A stretch of 64,000 bases of DNA. It comes from Eledone cirrhosa (Eukaryota). Below, piece after piece: positions 24,581-36,469 of the stretch. Under the pieces are notes generated by a model. The model saw only the letters and a program-made list of their open reading frames with translations, did not search any database and was not told where the DNA came from. Numbering within the stretch: the first letter of the stretch is position 1; every line of letters begins with the position of its first letter. The translations under genes were made by a program, and so were the position numbers. The stretch is from assembly GCA_964016885.1 (NCBI GenBank), contig OZ024756.1, positions 29,202,001 through 29,266,000 on the forward strand. Reading direction: 5' to 3'.

Positions 24581-24779
24581 ATTAATAAAACAATTTGATC
24601 TACCTTCTTTGGTTGTCAATTGACACATATATATATAAGCAATACAAACAATACAAATATTTTAAATTCTACCTCACACGCTGAACGCTTGCAAGTTATG
24701 TTTGACCTCTTCCAGACAGGGATAGGTGTGAGGGCGAATCAGAAAATATTTTTTAAAAAAATAGAAAACAAAAGAAAAA

Positions 24780-25110
24780 GGACACCACTGTGTAGAGCCA
24801 ATGGTCCTATCCACCGCATCAAGAATGAGGCCCACAATAGCCTGGGGTTCAAGGGCCCCCACAACTTGTTTTTTTTTAATAAGGTGCCAACAAATCTGAG
24901 AGATCTACATGGTGCACATGTAGATGCTTTCAAGAGATCTCGACATTCTACTGACAAAGATCCCGGGTGAACCCACAGCACGAGGCGAAACACAAATAAG
25001 GGCTGCAGCAACAAACTCCCTTTTGCATCAATGGTCAACCAGGGAAGGCTGGCTATAGAAAGTGTAACATTGTAACAGCAATGGCGGTGCCCCAGCATGG
25101 CTTCGGCCAC
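24780..25110 (+). mobile_element. Decayed CR1-like LINE 3' end
   Basis: NSLGFKGP..FNKVPTNLRDLHG..VDAFKR..DP resembles the CR1-group ORF2 C-terminus. Confidence 0.6.
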
Positions 25111-25159
25111 TCGGTTGGAACAAGTAACAGAATAGAGTAATAGGGTAAAAGGTGTCCGG

Positions 25160-25336
25160 ACAGAATTCTCTCACCTCTTTCTGTTCAAACCGGCCATAGC
25201 TGACCCCTCATACTGACTTTAAGGTATTGTTCTCAAAATAAATAATATCAAAATCTCATAGATTCGATATTATGTGAGATAATTATGGGACATATACAAT
25301 AGTAAATATAGAGTAATCTAAATGGTAGAGGGTTAA
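25160..25336. mobile_element. piggyBac-like MITE copy, partial
   Basis: Matches 11132-11310 and ends AGGG|TTAA. Confidence 0.7.
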
Positions 25337-25689
25337 AGGCACGCGTATATTCATCGTACCAACTTCCCATCTATCACCTTGGTGTTTGGAATACTCTGGG
25401 CAACTGGCCAAGAAAGAAATCATTATTTACATTGCTAAATATTACAGTTATTGTTGTATCTATTCCTGATGTCCCTTTGTTCGCAGCCATTTGAAGTGGA
25501 AAAAAAACTAATACTAAAAAAAATTAAGGGCTCATAAATCTCGGTAATTTTAAACCTTGTCGAGCCCGTCCTCCTTCTAGGAACACAGCCAATTTTTTTC
25601 TTGAGAGAGAGAGAGAGAGAATGGGAGACAGAGAGAAAGAGTTAGCGAGAGAATGGAAGATAGAGTGAGAGAGTGAGAGAGAACTCAAG

Positions 25690-27150
25690 TATTGGTACTT
25701 TGTTTATCGACCTTGAAAGGCAAAGCTGACCGCGGTGGGATTTGAACTCAGAGAGCAGAGGATCGGAACAAATACCAGTCTATTCGACGTTCTAACAACT
25801 CTGCTACTTCGCCGCTTCCCCCCTCCCTTCCCTTTTTCCTTCACTCGCTGTAAACCCCACTGTGTTGCTTTTCGTCCTCTTATTCTTTGAAAAAAGACTT
25901 GGGGCCTCAAGTGGCCAATAAAAGATATCATATTTTAATTAATGTTTACAGCTAACAGCATGGTTCAGTAGATAAGTGTTTTTGTTGTTATTTTCTATTT
26001 TAGTAAACCCCCCCCCCCCCCCACTACCACCATCACCACCAAAATAACAAACTGTGATTTATCTACGAGTATATTATACGCTAATTATACAATTATAATC
26101 ACGGTAGGCGACAGAAGACCAAGTCTTCGGCTACAGAGTATAATAATAATAATAATAATGATTTCTACTATAGGCACAATTTTGGGTGAGGGGAAAGTCG
26201 ATTAAATCGACCCCAGTGCATTACTGGTGCTTTATTTTATCGACCCTGTAAGGATGAAAGGCAAAGCTAACCTCGGAGGAATTCGAAATGAAAACGTGAA
26301 GAGCTGTAACTATATACCGCAAAGCATATTGTCCGACGCTCTACCGATACTACCAATCCGCCATACCCTACATGTCGGCTCTTGTGGCCAATAAATGAAA
26401 TCTTTATTATTATTATTATTATTTTATTCGCCGTAATGGTCGCACGACGTTTGGCGACAACAGAAGGGCCAAATAAAACACAGAGTAGGGTTTACATTGA
26501 GTAAAGAGAACAGGGGAAGGGGGACAAAAACAATAATCGTGATAGCCATAACAATACTACAAGGACGGTTTCTGATTTGGACACAGGGCTAGAAATTTTA
26601 GAGGCAGGGGGAGGGGGGGGGGTTGATAAACCGACCCAGTACTCGACTGGTATTTTATTTTATCGATTCCGGAAGGATGAAAGGCGAAGTTACCCTCGGT
26701 GGGATTTGAACTCAGAACATAGAGGAAGAAAATCTAAAATTCTACATACAGTGTAGACCATATGGAGAGAATAAACCATTTTACCGTTCACCAACGATAA
26801 ATAATACTGACTACACATAATTTTTTTGGGGGGAGGGGGGGGGAATGTTACATCTTGGTCGAATCTAGTCGAATTAATATTCCTAACAAAAACACGCGGA
26901 CCGGTTCAATTTCGCTCCAATTTTTATTATTATTATTATAATAAATCAACTTAGAAATTCATCCTGATGACGGAGAATTAGTAAAAATCGTTAGAACATC
27001 GAATAAAATTATGTGTTATTCATTCTAGTTATCTGTGTCTACGCTCCGAGTTCAAATCCCGTTATGGTTACGATCAACATTGCCTTTCATTTTTTTTTTT
27101 TTTTCGGGGGTCGATAAATAAAATACTAGTCCAATACTTTCAGGGATCGA
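25690..27150. mobile_element. Four dispersed copies of the GCCTTTCATCC-family SINE (~25690-25810, 26160-26365 and 26570-26725 on -, 27040-27150 on +)
   Basis: Shared GTTCAAATCCC..GCCTTTCA..GGGTCGATAAA motif. Confidence 0.7.
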
Positions 27151-27356
27151 TTTTTCCACCCTTTCCGCCTCTCTCTCTTTCTCTCTCTGAAAGAAATCGG
27201 TTGTGTTAAGGAGGGAAAGGCCCGTGGAATGGATAGAATTAATCCTGGCAGCATAACCCTCCCAAAATATAACAATATCTGTTTCAATACAACAAATTCG
27301 CATCAAGAATCTTGCACCAAAATGATAATAATAGTAATAATAATAATTTTACTGAC

Positions 27357-27492
27357 CGTATCCTTTGACATTAGACATGATGTTGTGAATGGAGCTAGTC
27401 CTGTCATGTTCTTGGTTACTAGCATCAACATCATCACAATCACCAGCACCACTACCACCAGCACCTTGACCACCACTAGCGAAGGCATCCAT
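27357..27492 (-). CDS. CLCN3: Probable first coding exon of the ClC gene (MDAFASGGQGAGGSGAGDCDDVDASNQEHDRTSSIHNIMSNVKGY-G)
   Basis: Strong Kozak context ggcATGg. 45 codons plus 1 nt, then G|gtcagt donor in phase 1, matching the exon at 12021. No homology support by eye. Confidence 0.6.
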
Positions 27493-27922
27493 GCCAGTTA
27501 AAAAACTGGGTAATTTAACACAGGTACTCCTTGGGTCGCGCTTATCGCATCAGTTCGGTATAATAGCAAGCCAGTCACACACATCACACCCCCACAAATA
27601 CATTCTCAGACAGACAAACAAACATTACATGCATAGATTCACTACATCACACACACATACATACGTGTATATATATATATATATATAGATATATATATAT
27701 ATACGTGTGTGTGTGTGTGTATATATATATATAATAGATATATAATATATATTTTATATTATATATTTATATATAGATACAACAGCCATGTGGCTACATG
27801 ACAACCGAGGTGGTATGAAAGACAAACAGACAGATGCGGACACAGTTACGAATGCAGAAAAACAGATGTTTGGAGCTGGATGGATAAAATGAATGTGTTT
27901 GATGAACAAAAAAAAAAGAGAG

Positions 27923-27954
<32 letters not shown>

Positions 27955-28646
27955 TAAATATATATATATAATATGTGTAATATATATAAAATACTATGTA
28001 TATCCACAGTGGAAGACGATCAAATATATAATATGTATATAAAATAAGAAGAAAAAAGATGCAAAAAAAATGAAAACGAAAACAACAATAACAACGAAGA
28101 CGAGTAAGAGTACAAATTAAATGTTTTAGGTTGTGAATAACATATTGAGTGGCAGGAAGAGGTAGATAGATAGGTAGGTAGAGAGAGTGTGAGAGTGGCG
28201 CTAAATTAGAGACTGACAAGGTGCGAGATAAACGAGAGGTGAATCATAATAAGTAGAAGGGAAGAGGAGGAGAAGAAAAAATGAGTCGTGTAGAGCATGC
28301 GAAAGAGAGAGTAGGAGGTAAGGGGGATGAGGAGGAAAGAATGAGTGCAAGGTGAAGAGCATACGATAAGAGAGAGAGAGAGAGAGAGAGAGACAAGAGA
28401 AAGAAGAGGGGAAAGTAGAGATGCATATTAAAAATGAGGTAGAGAGAAAGAATGAAAGGTGTAAAGCATATGATGAGAGAGAGAGGAACATAAGTATGAG
28501 AAAAAGGAAGAGGAGAAGAGAGAAAGAATAAGAGGGTACAGCGTACAATGAGAGAGAAAAGGTGAAAAATGAAGGAAGTTTTCATTTAGAGCACTGTTTA
28601 TATATATATAGCAAATAAAAAAAAGCATAGTTAGAACCACCATTGT

Positions 28647-29680
28647 TACCATCATACCACCAGCACCAACATCTTCATACCATCACCAGCACCACCATCT
28701 TCATACCATCACCAGCACCACCATCATACCACCAGCACCAACATCTTCATACCATCACCAGCACCAACATCTTCATACCATCACCAGCACCACCATCATA
28801 CCACCAGCACCAACATCATACCACCAGCACCAACATCATACCACCAGCACCAACATCTTCATACCATCACCAGCACCACCATCATACCACCAGCACCAAC
28901 ATCTTCATACCATCACCAGCACCTCCATCATACCACCAGCACCACCATCATACCACCAGTACCAACATCATACCACTAGCACCAACATCTTCATATCTTC
29001 ACCATCATACCACTAGCACCAACATCTTCATACCATCACCAGAACCACCATCATACCACCAGCACCAACATCATACCACTAGCACCAACATCTGGCTACC
29101 ATCACCAGAACCACCATCATACCACCAGCACCAACATCTTCATACCACCACTAGCACCAACATCTTCATACCACCACCAGCACCACCATCATACCACTAG
29201 CACCAACATCTTCCTACCATCACCAGAACCACCATCATACCACCAGCACCACCATCTTCCTACCATCACCAGAACCACCATCATACCACCAGCACCACCA
29301 TGATACCACTAGCACCAACATCTTCCTACCATCACCAGAACCACCATCATACCACCAGCACCACCATGATACCACTAGCACCAACATCTTCCTACCATCA
29401 CCAGAACCACCATCATACCACCAGCACCGCCATCATAGCACTAGCACCAACATCCTCATACCATCACCAGAACTAACCATCATACCACCAACATGATAAC
29501 ACAAGCACCAACATCTTCATACCATCACCAGAACCACCATCATACCACCAACATCATAGCACAAGCACCAACATCTTCATACCATCACCAGCACCACCAT
29601 CATACCATCACCAGCACCACCATCATACCACCAGCACCAACATCATACCACTAGCACCAACATCATACCACTAGCACCAG
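28647..29680. repeat. CAC/CAT-based compound minisatellite (CACCAGCACCAACATCTTCATAC units)
   Basis: Tandem degenerate units. Confidence 0.9.
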
Positions 29681-30100
29681 CAGCGTCAACACCACCACTA
29701 CCACAATAACTAACATCATAAACACAACCATTACGCCATTCCTACCAGCACCACTACCACCACCACCACCACCGTCAACAAGATACCACTGACATCACCA
29801 TCAACATACCACTGACATCGCCTCTCTACCACCACCACCACCACCACCACTATACCACTACTACTGTTTGTGAAACAACGATGGGATGACGAGAGGATTA
29901 AACCGCCAGCCAACTCGTGATTTAATTCCACTGGTGGTGGTGGTGGTGGTGATGGTGGTGGTGGTGGTGGTGATGATGGTGGTGGTGGTGGTGGTGATGA
30001 TGGTGGTGGTGGTGGTGAGGGGGGAATAGTGGTGTTGACGACAGTAGTGGTAGTGATGGTGGTGGTGATGATGATGGAGGTTATAGTAGTGGTGAGGGTA

Positions 30101-30132
<32 letters not shown>

Positions 30133-30737
30133 ATGATGGAGGTGATGATGCTGCTACTGTTGCTGGTAGTATCATGGCGATGGAGGAATGATGGAGATGA
30201 TGATGATGATGATGGTGGTGGCGGCGGCGCCGGTTATAATAGTGGTGGGGAATAACACTGGTGTTGACGGTAGTAGTAATAGTGATGGTGGTGGTGGTGG
30301 TGGTGGTGGAATGATAAAGGTGATCCTGCTGTTGCTGGTGGTGGTGGTGGTGGTGGAATGTTGGAAGTGATGATGGCATAGTGGAATGGAGGTGATGATA
30401 CAGTGGTTGTAGCTGTAGTGGTGGTGTTGGTGGTGGTGGTGGTGATAATGAAGCAAGCATCGTCACCCTGCTTTACATTGCTAATGCACACAAAAGACTC
30501 TTCGCAGATTCATTCTCTCCATTCTCTCCATTCTCTCCATTCTCTCCATTCTCTCACCCACGCCATCTCACACTTGTTCATTCATTCCTATATACGTATT
30601 ACATACACACAAACAAATATATATGTGTGTGTGTGTGTGTGTTAAGTATTTCCATAGAAAAGGTAAAGGGAAGGAGAGTGCTCTATGTATTGTACAGAGC
30701 TATTTCATTACATAATAAACAACGCGATATAATTATT

Positions 30738-30803
30738 CCATTACCGAAGGTTTCAAGAAACTAAACGATCCTTACAGAAACGTCCAGCCCGCTCATCAGA
30801 TAA
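30738..30803 (-). ncRNA. Hammerhead motif, family C
   Basis: UUAU-CUGAUGA-GCGGGCUGGACG..CGUUUAGUUUCUU-GAAA-CCUUCGG-UA-AUGG. Confidence 0.7.
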
Positions 30804-30810
30804 AATAATC

Positions 30811-30889
<79 letters not shown>

Positions 30890-31004
30890 AGAGAGAGATA
30901 TTGGACAAGTAAATAAGGAGTACAGTTACGAAAGGTGTTAGGTATTAGGCTTGAGAGTATATATATATATACATGAGTGTGTGCGTGTGTATACATTATA
31001 TATA

Positions 31005-31105
31005 CAAGGTGTACCCCCCAAAAATATATTCAGTTTTTGATTACCTGTACAGGCAATATTTATTAGAATGCTGTTGAAGTATGGTATACATTTTTGGGGA
31101 CACTA
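31005..31105. mobile_element. Tc1/mariner-like ~100-bp MITE remnant (mirrored at 32088-32188)
   Basis: TA|CAAGGTGTACCCCCCAAAAA ... TTTTTGGGGACACTA|TA. Confidence 0.45.
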
Positions 31106-31363
31106 TATATTAGGTCGGCAAGTTTGAAATTTGTAGAAAAAAAACAAATTTATACAAATTTCATACTTGACAACCCTATATATATATATGTATGAGTGCC
31201 CGCGTACATATGTATACATTATATATATATAATATATATATATAAATATATATATAATATATATATATATATAATATATATATATATATAATATATATAT
31301 ATATATAATATATATATATATATAATATATAAATATAAATATAAATATATAAATATATATATA

Positions 31364-31479
31364 GGCGTGTGGCTGAGTGGTTAGAGAATTGGATTCGCAA
31401 TCGTAAGGTTGTGAGTTCGATTCCTGGACCAGGCGATGCGTTATGTCCTTGAGCAAGACACTTTATTTCACGTTGCTCC
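31364..31479 (+). mobile_element. tRNA-derived SINE with CORE-like box (mirror copy 31714-31829 on -)
   Basis: A box TGGCTGAGTGG, B box GAGTTCGATTCC and TGTCCTTGAGCAAGACACTT. Confidence 0.85.
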
Positions 31480-31575
31480 TTCTACCTGGAGTTGCGACCG
31501 ATAGATAGTATTAGCAATTGGAAAGACCAACGGAAACATTGTTCCCTCGGTCCGATTTGACGAAAGTCGATCGTT

Positions 31576-31617
<42 letters not shown>

Positions 31618-33279
31618 AACGATCGACTTTCGTCAAATCGGACCGAGGGAACAATGTTTCCGTTGGTCTTTCCAATTGCTAATACTATCTATCGGTCGCA
31701 ACTCCAGGTAGAAGGAGCAACGTGAAATAAAGTGTCTTGCTCAAGGACATAACGCATCGCCTGGTCCAGGAATCGAACTCACAACCTTACGATTGCGAAT
31801 CCAATTCTCTAACCACTCAGCCACACGCCTATATATATATTTATATATTTATATTTATATTTATATATTATATATATATATATATTATATATATATATAT
31901 ATTATATATATATATATATTATATATATATATATATTATATATATATTTATATATATATATTATATATATATAATGTATACATATGTACGCGGGCACTCA
32001 TACATATATATATATAGGGTTGTCAAGTATGAAATTTGTATAAATTTGTTTTTTTTCTACAAATTTCAAACTTGCCGACCTAATATATAGTGTCCCCAAA
32101 AATGTATACCATACTTCAACAGCATTCTAATAAATATTGCCTGTACAGGTAATCAAAAACTGAATATATTTTTGGGGGGTACACCTTGTATATATAATGT
32201 ATACACACGCACACACTCATGTATATATATATATACTCTCAAGCCTAATACCTAACACCTTTCGTAACTGTACTCCTTATTTACTTGTATATATATATAT
32301 ATATATACAAATAGTCTTGCTGTCTGAATTATGGCAAATGAAGAAAAAAATTTTTTAATATTTCATTCAACCGAGACTATCGTTACAATTTCAAAACCAA
32401 AACTCTTTTTTAGGGGTTGAGGTTTCGAGTTGTTTAGGTGTTGAAGAATATACAAGGGAGGTAATTCATATCACCTTGGCTGGTCCATACTCATACTTGA
32501 TACTAAACTGAAAATATAGTAACAGTGTGGAGTTGATAATGATGATGATGATGATGATAATGGTGATGGTGATGATGATGATGATGATGATGATAATAGC
32601 GATGTTGGTGTCGGCGATAGAGATGATGATGGTGGTGGTGGCGGTGGTGGTGGTAGTGGCGGTGATGAAAATGGTCGTGATGATGGGGATAGTGGTGTTG
32701 GTGTCGACGATAGTGATGATGATGGTGTTGGTGTTGATGATAGTGGTGGTGGTGGTGGTGGTGGTGGTGATGATGATAGTGGTGATGATGATAATGGTGT
32801 TGATAGTGGTGGTGATGATGATATGATGGTGTTGGTGTTGATGGTGGTGGTGGTGGTGGTGATAGATGTGTTGTTGATGATAGTGGTGGTGATGATGGTG
32901 TTGGTGGTTGTGGTGATGATGATGATGGCAGTGGTGTTGGTGATTATAGGGTTGATGATGGTGGTAGTGATGACATTGATGGTGATTGTAATGATGATGA
33001 CAACTATTCTTCTGTGCAATTATTGAAATTTTTAAAATATTTTTCCCACCTCGTTTTAAGCACATATTATTTATTTCTCTTCTATAAATTCTTTTCTGTT
33101 TTCGCGTGCTTCAATCATTAGACTGCGATCATGCTGGGGCATTGCCTTAAAGGAATGTAGTTGATAATATCAATCCCAGTGCTTATTTTATCAGGGTCAC
33201 ACAAGTTACATCACAGAAGCAAATACTGAACATAAACACAAACAAGGACACAAGGATACATATATATATATATATGATG

Positions 33280-33435
<156 letters not shown>

Positions 33436-33549
33436 CAAATTAAATTGATTGTGCAATATATATCAAGGTCTATCTTATCAATACATAAATATTAATGTCA
33501 GGTATCTTGTGAATTAATTAAAATATATAGACAACAATCATTGGAGTAT

Positions 33550-33990
33550 ATCATCATCAACAACACTATCTAACATCCATTTCCTTTGTTAGCATGGGTT
33601 GGACAAGTTATCATGTTTTGCGACTATACAGGTCACATTACCACATTTTGTTCATACCTTACATTCTGGTGTGGTTCCTATAATAGGATGCCCTTCCTAA
33701 CATCAACTACTTTACAGAGTTGACAGGGTGCTTTTTATTAAGGCATCAGCACTAACCCTTTACAGAGTGTACTGGGTGCACTTTATCATGGCACCAGCAC
33801 AACCACTTTACAGAGTGTACTGGGTGCACTTTATCATGGCACAAGTACTAATACTTTACATAGTGTACTCGGTGCACTTTATCATGGCGCCAATACTAAT
33901 ACTTTTACAGAGTGTACTGAGTGCACTTTATCATGGCACCAATACTAATACTTTACAGAGTGTACTGGGTGCATTACTAACACTTTACAT
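33550..33990 (-). mobile_element. RTE 3' UTR fragment with ~41-bp unit amplified in tandem
   Basis: GGATGCCCTTCCTAAC followed by repeated TTTACAGAGTGTACTGGGTGCACTTTATCATGGC. Confidence 0.7.
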
Positions 33991-34704
33991 ACACACACAC
34001 ATTCAACTCATAGTCACAGCAAACAAGCAATCCTTTGAGTGTGTTTTTTTTAGAAAATGCCAACCACCACTAAATAATAATGTTTTAATCATACACAAAG
34101 AAATATCTAGGACATGTCAACCCCACCAGGCCCTTCAATTTTATCACTAGTTCCTCCTACCGCTACACCACCATCACCCCGAAACCCCCACCCCCTTCTC
34201 CGCATCATCCTTCCACACCACCACGCCCACCACCATTTATATCAGCTGCCCTCAGGCCATTGTTTTAAACGGTTGAAACTTTAAACACACACAAACTGCA
34301 TATACACCTTCAACACAAGCACAGATGGTATTTTATAACAGCACAAATAAATAAATAATAATAATAATAATAATTGTTTCAACGCTAGGCACTCAGGTCA
34401 GCAATTACCCAGTGTATTACTGGTACTCTTTAATTTATTGACCACAAGGGCCGGCATGTAAGGGACAATACAAAGACAGGTACAATAAGATTGAGTAAAA
34501 ATGCACAATAACAAAACCAATTTAACAATGCAAAAATATAAAAATAAAAAAAATAAAAAAATATATATATATATATATATAACAAAATAAATTCCCCAAT
34601 AGGGGTACCCCACCAATCCTGAACTACCCAACGCTTTGAGGGCACCCCTCTCCTCAAATTAACCAGCCTACAGGTGCATTGTCACATGGGCCATTCTCGC
34701 CACA

Positions 34705-35290
34705 TAATAATAATTGTTTCTACTTCAGGCACAAGGCCAGCAATTACCAGTAGTACATTACTGGTACTTTATTTTATCGACCCCCTGTAAGGATGAAAGG
34801 CAAGGTTAACCTCGGCGGGATTTGAACTCAGAATGTAAAGGGACGTAACTCTATGCTAGAAAGCATGGCGTCCCACCCTCTACCAATACTGCCAAAATAA
34901 TAATAATAACTATTTCTACTTTTGGCACAAGGCCAGCAATTATCCCAGTGCATTACTGGTACTTTATTTTATCGACCCCGTAAGGAAGAAAGGCAAAGTT
35001 AACCTCGGCGGGATTTGAACTCAGAATGTAAAGGGACGTAACTCTATGCTAGAAAGCATGGCGTCCCACCCTCTACCGATACTGCCAAAATAATAATAAT
35101 AACTATTTCTACTTTTGGCACAAGGCCAGCAATTATCCCAGTGCATTACTGGTACTTTATTTTATCGACCCCGTATGGAAGAAAGGCAAAGTTAACCCTG
35201 GCTGGATTTGAACTCAGACCATAAAGGGCCGTAACTCTTTGCTGCAAAGCATGACGTCCGACCCTCTACCGATACTGCCAATAATAATAA
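34705..35290 (-). mobile_element. Head-to-tail trimer of a ~190-bp SINE
   Basis: Three near-identical units separated by (AAT)n tails. Confidence 0.85.
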
Positions 35291-36469
35291 TAATGATTTC
35301 TTTATTGACCACAAAGGGTTCACATCAAGAAAAACATGACAGTACAGGACGAAAACGTAGAACGTGTGTGTGTGTATGTGTGTTTCATAATAATAAGTAC
35401 AGTAATATTTAGCAACAGGCGGGCCAATGTAAGCAACTGAGAGTTCAACTCACTCCCCTGGATAGAACGCTAGTCCATCACAAAGGTAACTCCTAGTCGT
35501 GGCTGCTGATACTTGTTTTCTTTTTCTTGTTTGTTTATAACTGAGTAGACTAGGGCAATGTGAAATGAAGTGCCTTGCTCAAGGAGACGTGCTATCTGGT
35601 TCTGGGATTGTACCTATGTCTATGACGCTATGATCACAAGACCACACCCTAACCAGTAAGCCACCTTAACTACCGAGTCACACACCTTCATGACCTTATA
35701 ATTGTGAGGCCCAATACTCTAATCACTATGCTCACATACCTTCACTAACAAGGAATTGGTGTTTATTTCTAAAACCATTATGCTATGACAAGGTGATCAG
35801 GATATATTCATAACAGACATCTCACACATACACATGCACACATACATACATACAAACACACATGCATATATACCCACACACAAACATACACATACCACAA
35901 ACACACCACACACACATACATCAAATACACATGCACATACACCATACACACCCTGAAGATAACAGCAATTCATGATAAGACAGGTTGTCTACTTCCACAC
36001 AATACAAGTTATCAAAACAAATGTCACAGAGGTCAACTACAGACTGTCTTAGTCAGGAATAAGGAGTGGACTAAGCCCAGTAGGTTAGTAGCATGAGTGT
36101 ACAGAGGCGCTTAACTCTTGATTTAGTCCTAGGGACGCCATTGAGACACAAGGGTCAGTCAAAAGGTTGATAGGCTGACCAAGATATAATGGTAAGGACA
36201 TTATTTGTAGTAGTGGGAGTGGTGGTATTGATGAAAGAATTAGTGACGGTGGTGGTGGTGGTAGTGGTGGGGGTGGAAGTGGTAACAGAATTGGTGATGG
36301 TGGTGGTAGGGGTGGTGGTGGTTGGGGTGGAAGTGATAACCAAATTGGTGACTGTGGTAGTGGTGGTGATGGTAGTGGAAGTGGTGATTGTGGTGGTGGT
36401 GGTGGTGGTGGTGGTGTGTGTGTGTGGGGGGGGGGGGGGGGGGGGGGGGGTAACAACAAAATTGGTCGG

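Larger units (their letters stand above)
30905..32288. repeat. Perfect 1384-bp palindrome centred on (TA)n at 31596/31597
   Basis: Position x pairs with 63193-x. The ORF track shows identical mirror ORFs at 31103-31456(-) and 31737-32090(+). Confidence 0.95.

Noticed and set aside
31364-31440. tRNA gene
   Set aside because: A/B boxes are present, but the sequence continues into a SINE body and has many diverged copies. No full cloverleaf.
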